Part shown: positions 1 through 7,347 of the stretch, in pieces | Numbering within the stretch: position 1 is the stretch's first letter | How the letters are laid out: every line of letters begins with the position of its first letter | From: Bradymonadia bacterium | GTDB lineage: Bacteria > Myxococcota_A > Bradymonadia > UBA7976 > UBA1532 | DNA: 16,299 bases | NCBI GenBank assembly: GCA_046290225.1 | Contig: JBKAGE010000020.1 | Span: 1 to 16,299, forward strand | Reading direction: 5' to 3' | The notes under the pieces: generated by a model | Told to the model about the DNA's origin: nothing | Database searches by the model: none | The model's input: only the letters and a program-made list of their open reading frames with translations | Translations under genes and position numbers: made by a program

Positions 1-8
1 GAGGATTC

Positions 9-93
9 GAAAAAATCCTCATGTTCGAGCTGGGCTGGCTCGCCGCTAACCAATCCACCACTACACCAAAAGATGTGTAGGACGATCAGAGCC
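9..93. repeat. 85-bp repeat, exact reverse complement of 16215..16299; possible IS end
   Basis: gaaaaaatcctc...gacgatcagagcc matches the reverse complement of the window's last 85 nt exactly. The inner boundary reads GGCTCT on the minus strand, resembling ISL3-type termini. Internal hairpin ctacac-N8-gtgtag at 61-80. Confidence 0.9.
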
Positions 94-226
94 GCTGGCT
101 ACGCCTGCGCTTTTGACACCACGACTGCGCACCAACTCACCACTCAGTCACCCACCGCCGACCCCTGCGGAGCTCCCGGTGCTCGGCCAAACCACTTCGT
201 TTTGCGGCTTGGCAATTACGTGACTC

Positions 227-300
227 TTGGCGAGGCGGGGGTCGAACCCGCGACCTTCGGTCTGTCAAACCGCTGCTGCAACCAGCTGAGCTTCTCGCCA
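227..300 (-). tRNA. tRNA-Val(GAC), atypical (A8, G27.A43 mismatch), CCA not encoded
   Basis: Cloverleaf: acceptor TGGCGAG/CTCGCCA, anticodon loop TT-GAC-AG, T arm GCGGG-TTCGACC-CCCGC, discriminator A. Confidence 0.85.
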
Positions 301-302
301 TC

Positions 303-323
303 AATCAGCAATCAGCAATCAGC
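303..323. repeat. 3 x 7-bp tandem repeat (aatcagc) in tRNA spacer
   Basis: aatcagc-aatcagc-aatcagc; the equivalent spacer in the upstream unit has one variant copy (aatcggc, 874-880). Confidence 0.8.
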
Positions 324-396
324 ACGAATGGCAGGACTCGAACCTGCAACCTTCAGCTTAGGAAGCCGCCGCTCTCTCCAATTGAGCTACACTCGT
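323..396 (-). tRNA. tRNA-Arg(CCT), CCA not encoded
   Basis: Acceptor ACGAGTG/CATTCGT, D arm GCTC-AATTGGAGA-GAGC (A20), loop TT-CCT-AA, T loop TTCGAGT, G73. Confidence 0.92.
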
Positions 397-400
397 ATCG

Positions 401-475
401 TGGGACCGGTGGGACTCGAACCCACAACCGTCTGCTTAAAAGGCAGCTGCTCTGACCAAATTGAGCTACGATCCT
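401..475 (-). tRNA. tRNA-Lys(TTT), A1.C72 mismatch, CCA not encoded
   Basis: Acceptor AGGATCG/CGGTCCC, loop CT-TTT-AA, T arm GTGGG-TTCGAGT-CCCAC, A73. Confidence 0.9.
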
Positions 476-481
476 TCGAGG

Positions 482-555
482 CGAAATCGGTAGGACTCGA
501 ACCTACAGCCTCCTGCTCCGCAAGCAGGTGCTCTATCCACTTGAGCTACGACTTC
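482..555 (-). tRNA. tRNA-Arg(GCG), CCA not encoded
   Basis: Acceptor GAAGTCG/CGATTTC, D loop AAGTGGATA (A20), perfect anticodon stem CCTGC/GCAGG, loop TT-GCG-GA, G73. Confidence 0.92.
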
Positions 556-559
556 AAAA

Positions 560-632
560 TAGGACTGGCAGGACTTGAACCTGCATTGCCCGCGTATCAG
601 ACGGGATTCCTAACCACTTAGAAGACAGTCCT
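560..632 (-). tRNA. tRNA-Ile(GAT), atypical body, CCA not encoded
   Basis: Acceptor AGGACTG/CAGTCCT, D arm TTCT-AAGTGGTTA-GGAA, loop CT-GAT-AC, 4-nt variable loop, T loop TTCAAGT, A73. Confidence 0.82.
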
Positions 633-634
633 AT

Positions 635-795
635 AGAGCAGTATGAGGAGTGAACTGACACACCAGGCTCGCCCATCGACGAGATCCCAAGCTCAGAAAT
701 ACTCGATGATGCTTTGGCATCGTCTGCGATTTCTTCACGTGGCCTCTCGTCGATGTTCTTCGCCTTCTGTATCAGTTCACTCCTCATACTGCTCT
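635..795. mobile_element. 161-bp palindromic MITE-like element (or rod-shaped RNA) within the tRNA array
   Basis: Perfect 24-bp terminal inverted repeats (635-658 / 772-795) extending to 34 bp with 3 mismatches; inner 11-bp IR (674-684 / 745-755). No clean target-site duplication seen. Confidence 0.6.
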
Positions 796-871
796 GGTTG
801 GCGAGGCGGGGGTCGAACCCGCGACCTTCGGTTCGTGAAACCGCTGCTACGGCCTACTGAGCTTCTCGCCA
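795..871 (-). tRNA. tRNA-Val(CAC), atypical (A8, G27.A43), CCA encoded
   Basis: Near copy of 227..300 differing only in the D arm and anticodon loop (TT-CAC-GA); ends ACCA. Confidence 0.85.
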
Positions 872-879
872 TCAATCGG

Positions 880-953
880 CACGACTGGCAGGACTCGAAC
901 CTGCAACGTTCTGCTTAGAAGGCAGACGCTCTATCCACTTGAGCTACAGTCGC
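880..953 (-). tRNA. tRNA-Arg(TCT), CCA not encoded
   Basis: Acceptor GCGACTG/CAGTCGT, D loop AAGTGGATA, stem TCTGC/GCAGA, loop CT-TCT-AA, G73. Confidence 0.94.
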
Positions 954-956
954 GCA

Positions 957-1034
957 TGGTCGGATCGGTGGGACTCGAACCCACAACCGTCTGCTTAAGA
1001 GGCAGCTGCTCTGACCAAATTGAGCTACGATCCG
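957..1034 (-). tRNA. tRNA-Lys(CTT), CCA encoded
   Basis: Acceptor CGGATCG/CGATCCG, loop CT-CTT-AA, ends ACCA; near-identical to the Lys(TTT) gene. Confidence 0.94.
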
Positions 1035-1152
1035 ATGAGGGAGATCGAGATCTCCCAAAAGACTATCAATACACCCACAAAACGCACCTCTCTCCCTACC
1101 AGCCACAAACAGCCAGCCAACCAATACTCAAAAAACACAATTCAATAGTCAG

Positions 1153-1226
1153 AAGAGCGAGCAGGACTCGAACCTGCAGCCTCTTGCTTCGGAAACAAGC
1201 GCCCTATCCAATTGGGCCACCGCTCC
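1153..1226 (-). tRNA. tRNA-Arg(CCG), U73, CCA not encoded
   Basis: Acceptor GGAGCGG/TCGCTCT (two G.U), D arm GCCC-AATTGGATA-GGGC, loop TT-CCG-AA, T loop TTCGAGT. Confidence 0.88.
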
Positions 1227-1287
1227 TCAAAAAACCAATATCAAATCAAACACCTAACCTCCGCACCGTGCACCGCGGAGGCGCGCA

Positions 1288-1426
1288 GGCGACGCGCTTT
1301 GGTGGCTGAGCGTCGAGTTGGCGTGTATCTGTGGTGACTCAACCGGAAGCGTAGCAGCGCTACGCTGAGGATTGAGGCGCCGCAGAGACGCGTCAAATCG
1401 CCGCTCAGACGCCAAAGCGCGGCGCC
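1288..1426. repeat. 139-bp long imperfect hairpin
   Basis: Ungapped 55-bp arms 1288-1342 and 1372-1426 (44/55 Watson-Crick); inner hairpin agcgtagc-agc-gctacgct at 1348-1366. Confidence 0.85.
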
Positions 1427-1435
1427 GGAGCCCAT

Positions 1436-1470
1436 AAAAAAACCCGCCAATCCTTGAGGAGAGGCGGGTT
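1436..1470 (-). terminator. Intrinsic terminator (attenuator 3:4 helix) upstream of the tRNA array
   Basis: Minus strand AACCCGCC-TCTCCTCAAGGATT-GGCGGGTT, with a run of 7 T starting at the stem base; begins about 28 nt after the leader stop codon. Confidence 0.9.
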
Positions 1471-1498
1471 CTCTACTGAAACGCTTTTATGAGCAATT

Positions 1499-1606
1499 TC
1501 AGAAAGTTCCACCTCCTTCACGACGTACGCGAATCACCCGCAGACGGCGGACGGATTTCACCCGACGCTTGAGTCTGACGTTGACGATGGTGTTCTGGAC
1601 GTACAT
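1499..1606 (-). CDS. Putative attenuation leader peptide, 35 aa (MYVQNTIVNVRLKRRVKSVRRLRVIRVRREGGGTF)
   Basis: GGAG 9 nt before the ATG; 9 Arg, 7 Val, 2 Lys and 2 Ile codons; its 3' end is complementary to the terminator's 5' arm. Confidence 0.8.
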   Translation of the reverse strand: MYVQNTIVNVRLKRRVKSVRRLRVIRVRREGGGTF

Positions 1607-1661
1607 GAAGAAGGGCTCCGTAAAAACTGTGTCTGAATGTGTAATGCGTTCGACGTCACTG

Positions 1662-1690
1662 TTTGTATGTATTACGAACGCAGTGGTCAA
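1662..1690 (-). promoter_or_regulatory. Putative sigma70-type promoter for the leader/tRNA operon
   Basis: TTGACC (1690-1685), 17-bp spacer, TACAAA (1667-1662); A/T tract upstream (1704-1717). Confidence 0.5.
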
Positions 1691-1853
1691 GGAGATGAGT
1701 TACTTTTTTCAAAAAAAGCCCCCCCATGCGGCTCAACCCACTGAAAACACTTGCATTAACATAGACAAGAAAGTTGAACACGACTTCAGGCTTGCCTCAA
1801 GCCAGCACCCTGCCAAGATGCCCGTGACCACCTCTCGGCCTGGAGTTTCTCCC

Positions 1854-2867
1854 ATGATCGACCTGCGCAGCGATACCGTCACCCGACCCACCCCGCCCAT
1901 GCTCGAGGCCATGACGAGCGCCGAAGTCGGTGACGACGTGTTGGGTGAGGATCCCACCGTCACGGCCCTCGAAACCAACATCGCTCAGCGGTTCGGGCAC
2001 GAGGCAGGCCTGTTCTGCCCATCCGGTACCATGACCAACCAGATCGCGCTGCAAGTGCACATGCGGCCCGGAGACGAGGTCATCTGCAGCGCCCTCGCTC
2101 ACATCTACTTGTACGAAGGTGGAGGCATTGCGGCCAACGCTGGCGCATCTGCCCGGCTCATGCAGGGTGAGCGGGGCATGTTCAGCGTCGATGACGCGCG
2201 GGCTGCAATTCGGGCAGATGATCCCCACTACCCCCGGACCCGGCTCATCGCCTTGGAAGACACCTGCAACCGTGGGGGCGGCATCACGTGGCCTGTGGAC
2301 GACATCAGCGCCATGCGGCAACTCGCCGACGATCATGCCCTCGCGCTTCATCTCGATGGCGCTCGGGTGTTCAACCGCCTCGTGGCCCGTGGAGAAGATG
2401 CACGGATCTACGGGCAGCTGTACCACTCCATCTCGATTTGCTTGTCCAAGGGCCTCGGCGCCCCGGTGGGCTCTGTCCTCGTGGGCAATGCCGACTTCAT
2501 CGCTCAGGCACGGCGAGTGCGCAAACGCCTCGGTGGAGGTATGCGACAGGCAGGCTACCTTGCTGCAGCAGGGCAATATGCCCTCGATCATCACGTGGAC
2601 CGCCTCGTGGAGGATCATCGACGGGCCGCACGGATCGCTGAGGCACTCGATGGGGTGTCAGGGGTCGCGCATGTCTGGTCCCCGGAGACCAACATCGTCA
2701 TCGGGACTCTGGCAGAGGGGGTCGAGCCGGGACAGTGGCTCGATCAGTTGAAGCAGGCGGGGGTGCTCGCCGGACGCTCCGGGCCTGGGCAGATCAGGAT
2801 GGTGACCCACCTGGACGTCGACGATGACGACGTAGCGCAGGTATGTCGAGCGCTCCAGCACATGTGA
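1854..2867 (+). CDS. ltaE: Low-specificity L-threonine aldolase (PLP-dependent)
   Basis: [11 protein letters not shown]-terminus, [14 protein letters not shown] and [10 protein letters not shown] motifs; GGAG at 1842-1845 supports the ATG at 1854 rather than the 1569 start. Confidence 0.92.
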   Translation: MIDLRSDTVTRPTPPMLEAMTSAEVGDDVLGEDPTVTALETNIAQRFGHEAGLFCPSGTMTNQIALQVHMRPGDEVICSALAHIYLYEGGGIAANAGASARLMQGERGMFSVDDARAAIRADDPHYPRTRLIALEDTCNRGGGITWPVDDISAMRQLADDHALALHLDGARVFNRLVARGEDARIYGQLYHSISICLSKGLGAPVGSVLVGNADFIAQARRVRKRLGGGMRQAGYLAAAGQYALDHHVDRLVEDHRRAARIAEALDGVSGVAHVWSPETNIVIGTLAEGVEPGQWLDQLKQAGVLAGRSGPGQIRMVTHLDVDDDDVAQVCRALQHM

Positions 2868-3263
2868 TCAGCGGCGTACGCGGCGGGGCTTGGCTGCCTG
2901 ATCGATGACCCGACGACGAAGCACCTTGGCGGTGCAGCTGGCCCCGGCAGGGATGCCACCAGGGACCACGTTGTGGGCGCTCACCGTGGCGCCAGCGGCG
3001 AGATCGCTGGTCAGCTTGTAAACACCCTTGTGGGCGCCGTTGCCGTTGCGCCACTGAATCCGCGTCCCCTTCTTGAGCGTGTTGCGACCCTTGTTGGTGA
3101 TCTGAACATCATTAGGGAACTCCACCGGCGTGCCGTAGAAGCCACAGCTCGCCACGTTCAGTTTGATCTTGGCGGCGTTCTTGTGATGCACGGGCCGGCG
3201 GGCAGAGGCCACGCTGGTGAGGGTGAAGAGGGCGACGGTCAGGGTGATGAGGGTGCGCTTCAT
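2868..3263 (-). CDS. Secreted hypothetical protein, possible CARDB/Ig-like beta domain
   Basis: AAGGAG RBS; signal peptide MKRTLITLTVALFTLTSVASA; VQITNKG...LAAGAT pattern; two Cys. Confidence 0.7.
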   Translation of the reverse strand: MKRTLITLTVALFTLTSVASARRPVHHKNAAKIKLNVASCGFYGTPVEFPNDVQITNKGRNTLKKGTRIQWRNGNGAHKGVYKLTSDLAAGATVSAHNVVPGGIPAGASCTAKVLRRRVIDQAAKPRRVRR

Positions 3264-3380
3264 GGATGCTCCTTGTGGTGTGTGTTCTGGCCTCGTCGGC
3301 CGTTCATCCTTTCAGGCGACGCCCCTGCTCAAGCCACGACACGAAAAACACATTTTTTCGTCAGAAAGTGAGATTCCCTT

Positions 3381-4154
3381 TTGATTCAGACGATCTTCAT
3401 CAACCTTGCTTGCATACTCGCTGCAGTGACGGCGCTGTGGGGACTGAGCCTGCGGATGAAGAACGCCGCCATCGTCGACCTCTTCTGGGGCTTTGGCTTC
3501 GTCATCATCGCCTGGCTGACCTGGGCCCAGCTGGATCACACCACAGCCCGGGGTGGGCTGCTGGTGGCCCTGGTCACGATTTGGGGGCTCCGGCTCACGG
3601 CCTATCTGACGTGGCGCAACGCCGGCAAGCCCGAGGACTTTCGCTATCAGGCCATGCGCGAAAAACACGGTGATCGATTCCCACGGGTGAGCCTCGTGAC
3701 CGTGTTCTTGTTTCAAGGCGTGCTGATGTGGTGGGTCTCGCTGCCGATCCAGGTGGGGCAGCTGACAGCAAGCGGTACGCTCAGTGCTTTGGACGTGATT
3801 GGCGGCTCAGTCTGGGCTGTGGGGGTGTTCTTCGAATCAGTCGGCGACTGGCAGCTGGCACGCTTCAAAGCAGATCCAGCCAACCGCGGCAAAGTGATGG
3901 ATGCCGGGCTGTGGCGCTACACCCGACACCCCAACTACTTCGGTGACTTTTGTGTGTGGTGGGGGCTGCTCCTGGTGGCCTGTGGCAGTCCGTGGGGATG
4001 GGCTACGGTGGGCAGCCCACTGCTGATGTCTTTTTTGCTGTTGAAGGTCTCAGGGGTGGCGATGCTGGAGAAAGACATCGCAGAGCGCCGCCCGGGGTAC
4101 CGGGCGTACATCGAGAAAACATCGGCGTTTTTCCCCAGGCCCCCCAAGGCCTGA
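3381..4154 (+). CDS. DUF1295 / steroid 5-alpha-reductase-like membrane protein
   Basis: IVDLFWG, WGLRL, EDFRY, ESVGDWQL, GLWRYTRHPNYFG motifs; multiple hydrophobic segments. Confidence 0.9.
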   Translation: MIQTIFINLACILAAVTALWGLSLRMKNAAIVDLFWGFGFVIIAWLTWAQLDHTTARGGLLVALVTIWGLRLTAYLTWRNAGKPEDFRYQAMREKHGDRFPRVSLVTVFLFQGVLMWWVSLPIQVGQLTASGTLSALDVIGGSVWAVGVFFESVGDWQLARFKADPANRGKVMDAGLWRYTRHPNYFGDFCVWWGLLLVACGSPWGWATVGSPLLMSFLLLKVSGVAMLEKDIAERRPGYRAYIEKTSAFFPRPPKA

Positions 4155-4157
4155 AGA

Positions 4158-4445
4158 TCAGGCGATCGGGTGCATACAGCTCTGAATCACCGACTCTACC
4201 CCAGGGCACGTGTTGGCATAGTCGAGGTGCACCGAGGGGAAGGTCTCGGTGAACTGTCGAAACACATGCTCGGCAAAAATCGGGCTGATCTCGTCTACCC
4301 CACGAAAATCGAGCAATATCGCATCGTACCGTTCGAGACCGGCCATCATCCGCTGGGCCTGGGCTTCTGTGTCGAGACGATCTGCCCCCATGCTCGCGAG
4401 AGCCACTGGGATGCGGACCTTCATGGGCTGACTCTTCTCATTCAT
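4158..4445 (-). CDS. Small STAS-like (DUF4325-type) protein
   Basis: ILLDFRGVDEISPIFAEHVF resembles the LDFxGV...PSFADE pattern; AAGGAG RBS. Confidence 0.7.
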   Translation of the reverse strand: MNEKSQPMKVRIPVALASMGADRLDTEAQAQRMMAGLERYDAILLDFRGVDEISPIFAEHVFRQFTETFPSVHLDYANTCPGVESVIQSCMHPIA

Positions 4446-4733
4446 GGCGCTCTCCTTCGCACATGAGCTGACATCATCTCGACAGGTTGGATGATGTGAG
4501 TCTGTGTACCGATGGCCAAGCCATCGGCACGTTCAGCAGGAACCTTGAGCATTTTCGTGGATTTTTGACCATTCAAATGCTCCAGCGCAACCCCCTGTAA
4601 ACTCGAAGGCCAGCCCACATTGGGTCACACAGCTGTCGTGGACCCGTAACGGTGGGGATCTGAGATAACACGCAGGTGGGGAGAGTCAAAAAACAGGCAA
4701 AAATAAAAGATCGACACAGAAGCAAAAGAAGCT

Positions 4734-6518
4734 TCAGCGCAGTGCTCGACCTCGAGCATGTTCGAGGCGCTCATGAAGCGTCTGCATAGAAATATCTCGA
4801 TACGCCCCCGGCAACCAGCGCCGGCTGCTGGCTTCTTGCACCGCCAGGAGCTCCATGTACTCCATCATGGCGGTCTCGCGGGTGGGCAAGTAATCCCGGG
4901 CAGCCTGGGCCAGATAGGGGCCGGTGAGGGTGTCAGCAGCCTCTTCAGTTGCCTGCTCATCCGTCTGATCGGCGTTGGGGTTCAGCCCAGCGTGTAGATC
5001 GTCCCAGGCCATGAGCAACAATGCCTCGAGATCTGCTGCGCCGTAATCGTGCAAATCTTCGAGGATCGGCAGCAGCACCTCGTCGGGGAGATCGACCTTG
5101 AGTTTGTGGCGCCTGATCTGTGCCCGAACAATGGCCGCTCTCTCGGTGGAGCTTTGCGGCCGGAAGAACGGGATCTTGGTGTCGAAACGTCCTGGCCGCT
5201 TCATGTCGGTGTCGAGCTTGTCGGGGCGGTTGGTCATCATCATGAAGATGATGCGGCCCCGGTGATCGGGATCGCTCATGAACTCCTTGAGCCGGGCCAT
5301 CACCCGAGAGTTCACCCCAGAGTCGCCCTCGTCGCCGCCCATGGCTCGATCGCCCTCGTCGATGATGACCAGGATCTCACCAAGGCTCTCGATAACGCCG
5401 AGCACCTTCTCAAGGTTGGCCTCGGTGCTGCCCACCCACTTGTCCCGGAAGTTCTTGAGCTTGATGGCGGCGAGGCCACTCTCCCGTGCAAAGGCTTCAG
5501 CGATGAAGCTCTTGCCGGTACCCATGGGGCCCACGAGCATGACGCCCATGGGCACCTGGGCCCTCCGGCCGGCCTTCACGTGATCGACGATGCGCATGAG
5601 CCCTTGCTTGATGGGCTCGAGGCCGCCAACAACGGTGAAGTCGTGGTCGGGGTTGATGACCTCGATGAGGCCGTGACACTCCTGCTCGAGGATCTCTTTC
5701 TTGCGGGCGGCCACCTGCTCCACGGGCAAGCTGTCGTCGGGGCCCTCGGTGAGGGTGCCCGACTTCATGAGATCGTCCACCTGTCGCAGCTGCAACCCTG
5801 CCGTGAGGCGTACGAGGCCCGAGCCACGCTCTTCGCTGAGACCAGAATGAGCGTGGCTGAGGAACCGCGCCCGCTCCAGACCCGCCGGCAAGGGCACCTT
5901 GATGGCCACGATTCTGGGGTTCCGGGTGAGGCGCTGGCTCAATGACGACAAGGTGCTGCACAGCATGATCACCATGTTGTCGTTGTGTACCACCTCGTCC
6001 CAGAGAGACCACCGATGCAAGGTGGCGGCGGCGGTGCGATCCATCACGCTGAGGCTGGCGGCGTCACCGGCGGGGGTGATGAGGGAGCCATAGTGCATGA
6101 TGATGGCGCAGGGCATCTCGGCCCGCGTGAGCAAGACCTCGAGGGCAGGCAGCACCACGGCAGCGTCCCGCTCCATGCCCAGAGCGTCGTCGAGGGCCCG
6201 CACGAGTGCGGCGTCAGAGGTCGCCGCAGCCCGGATCATGTTGGCCTCGACGAGGGCCCGAGCAGCGAGCACGGCGTGGGACCGCTTGGGAAAGTACACG
6301 CCCTTGCCGGGGTCGAAGTGCACCACCAGCTTGCCGCTGGGCTCGAAGAAGGCATCGAGGAAGTCGGGCATGCTCCACACCCGACCCCCAGCGAAGATCA
6401 CGTCGTGCACATTGCCATGCAAGATGAACTGCCCAGTGTCAGTGTGCAGATATCGATCCCGAAGGGTCTGCATCCACTGGGGGAGATCAGGGGCGCGGGG
6501 CAGATCGAGGGCGGCCAT
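4734..6518 (-). CDS. Classic-clade AAA+ ATPase with one intact module and a long N-terminal region
   Basis: Walker A GPMGTGKS, pore loop KWVG, Walker [36 protein letters not shown] supports the start at 6518. Confidence 0.9.
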   Translation of the reverse strand: MAALDLPRAPDLPQWMQTLRDRYLHTDTGQFILHGNVHDVIFAGGRVWSMPDFLDAFFEPSGKLVVHFDPGKGVYFPKRSHAVLAARALVEANMIRAAATSDAALVRALDDALGMERDAAVVLPALEVLLTRAEMPCAIIMHYGSLITPAGDAASLSVMDRTAAATLHRWSLWDEVVHNDNMVIMLCSTLSSLSQRLTRNPRIVAIKVPLPAGLERARFLSHAHSGLSEERGSGLVRLTAGLQLRQVDDLMKSGTLTEGPDDSLPVEQVAARKKEILEQECHGLIEVINPDHDFTVVGGLEPIKQGLMRIVDHVKAGRRAQVPMGVMLVGPMGTGKSFIAEAFARESGLAAIKLKNFRDKWVGSTEANLEKVLGVIESLGEILVIIDEGDRAMGGDEGDSGVNSRVMARLKEFMSDPDHRGRIIFMMMTNRPDKLDTDMKRPGRFDTKIPFFRPQSSTERAAIVRAQIRRHKLKVDLPDEVLLPILEDLHDYGAADLEALLLMAWDDLHAGLNPNADQTDEQATEEAADTLTGPYLAQAARDYLPTRETAMMEYMELLAVQEASSRRWLPGAYRDISMQTLHERLEHARGRALR

Positions 6519-6631
6519 GGGGACCTCGCTGTACGGCAGAGATGGGAAGAGAAATGTGAGGTGGGCGTGATGCACATGCATCACGTAGCGCAGTATGACT
6601 CAGCGCAGTATCACTGCAGTGACGACCAGAC

Positions 6632-7345
6632 TCAGAGGGTCTTGTTGCCCTCGGTCTCGCCGCCACCACCACCGCCTTCACGAGCAGCCTTGAGCGCAGC
6701 GAGGCGGGCCTTGGCCTTGGCGGTGCCGGTCTGGGCGCGGATCTTCTCGAGCTTGCCCTCGAGGGACTCTTCCTTGAGCTCGGTGTTGATCTGCACCTCG
6801 GCCTTCACCTTCTCGGCGTAGTCGCGCACGTTCTGCAGAGCCTTGACCTCTTCGTCGACAGAGATGCCGTCGAGCTGCTCCTGGATCTGCTTGCGGGCCT
6901 CGGCGTCCTTGATCTGGGCCACGACCTTGTCGCGCTCGCGCTTGAGCTTCTCGATCTCGGACTGCACGTTGCGCAGCGAGTCTTTGGCGGCCTCAGCGTC
7001 GCGGCTGGCCTGCTCGATGTCGCGACGGTAATCGGCGAGTTGCGCTTCGAGCTCTTCCTGGCGCTCGAGGAGCACCAGGGCGGACTCGTCATCACCGCTG
7101 TCGACGGCCACCTGCACCTGCAGCCTGATCTCTTCGAGGGCCGACTCGGCCTTCTGGATCTTGGCCTCGAGCTGGGCCCGATGCTTGATGAGCCCCGCCG
7201 CGGCGGTCTTGAGCTTCTGGTACTTCTCGGTCATGGCGTTGATCGCGTTCTCGAAGGCGATCTCCGGATGCTTTTCTTCCATCCGGCCCACGAACATGCT
7301 CAAGAAGCCCTTCCACAGGTTGTACATCCGGGACATGAAACCCAT
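6632..7345 (-). CDS. PspA/IM30 (ESCRT-III-like) family coiled-coil protein
   Basis: Amphipathic N-terminus MGFMSRMYNLWKG, E..HPE hinge, 'AVDSGDDESA' turn, long coiled coil, C-terminal 'ARLAALKA'; GGAGG RBS. Confidence 0.88.
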   Translation of the reverse strand: MGFMSRMYNLWKGFLSMFVGRMEEKHPEIAFENAINAMTEKYQKLKTAAAGLIKHRAQLEAKIQKAESALEEIRLQVQVAVDSGDDESALVLLERQEELEAQLADYRRDIEQASRDAEAAKDSLRNVQSEIEKLKRERDKVVAQIKDAEARKQIQEQLDGISVDEEVKALQNVRDYAEKVKAEVQINTELKEESLEGKLEKIRAQTGTAKAKARLAALKAAREGGGGGGETEGNKTL

Positions 7346-7347
7346 CT

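Noticed and set aside
227..1226. CRISPR array or prophage att-site interpretation of the repeated ggactcgaacc motif
   Set aside because: The repeats are tRNA T arms within full cloverleaves; there are no cas, integrase or phage genes in the window.
73..1450. ORFs 73..621, 554..787, 643..918, 915..1124, 956..1309 and 1241..1450
   Set aside because: They are translations of tRNA genes and palindromes; the repeated GLEP motifs are the antisense T arm.
1436..1660. T-box riboswitch as the control element
   Set aside because: No UGGNACC T-box consensus precedes the terminator; a translated leader with codon bias explains the structure better.
1607..1690. Longer 63-aa version of the leader ORF from TTG at 1690
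   Set aside because: That TTG is the putative -35 box; the ATG at 1606 has the better-placed GGAG.
1569..1853. 95-aa N-terminal extension of the threonine aldolase
   Set aside because: The family starts at MIDLRSD with an RBS before 1854; the extension crosses the divergent promoter/leader region.
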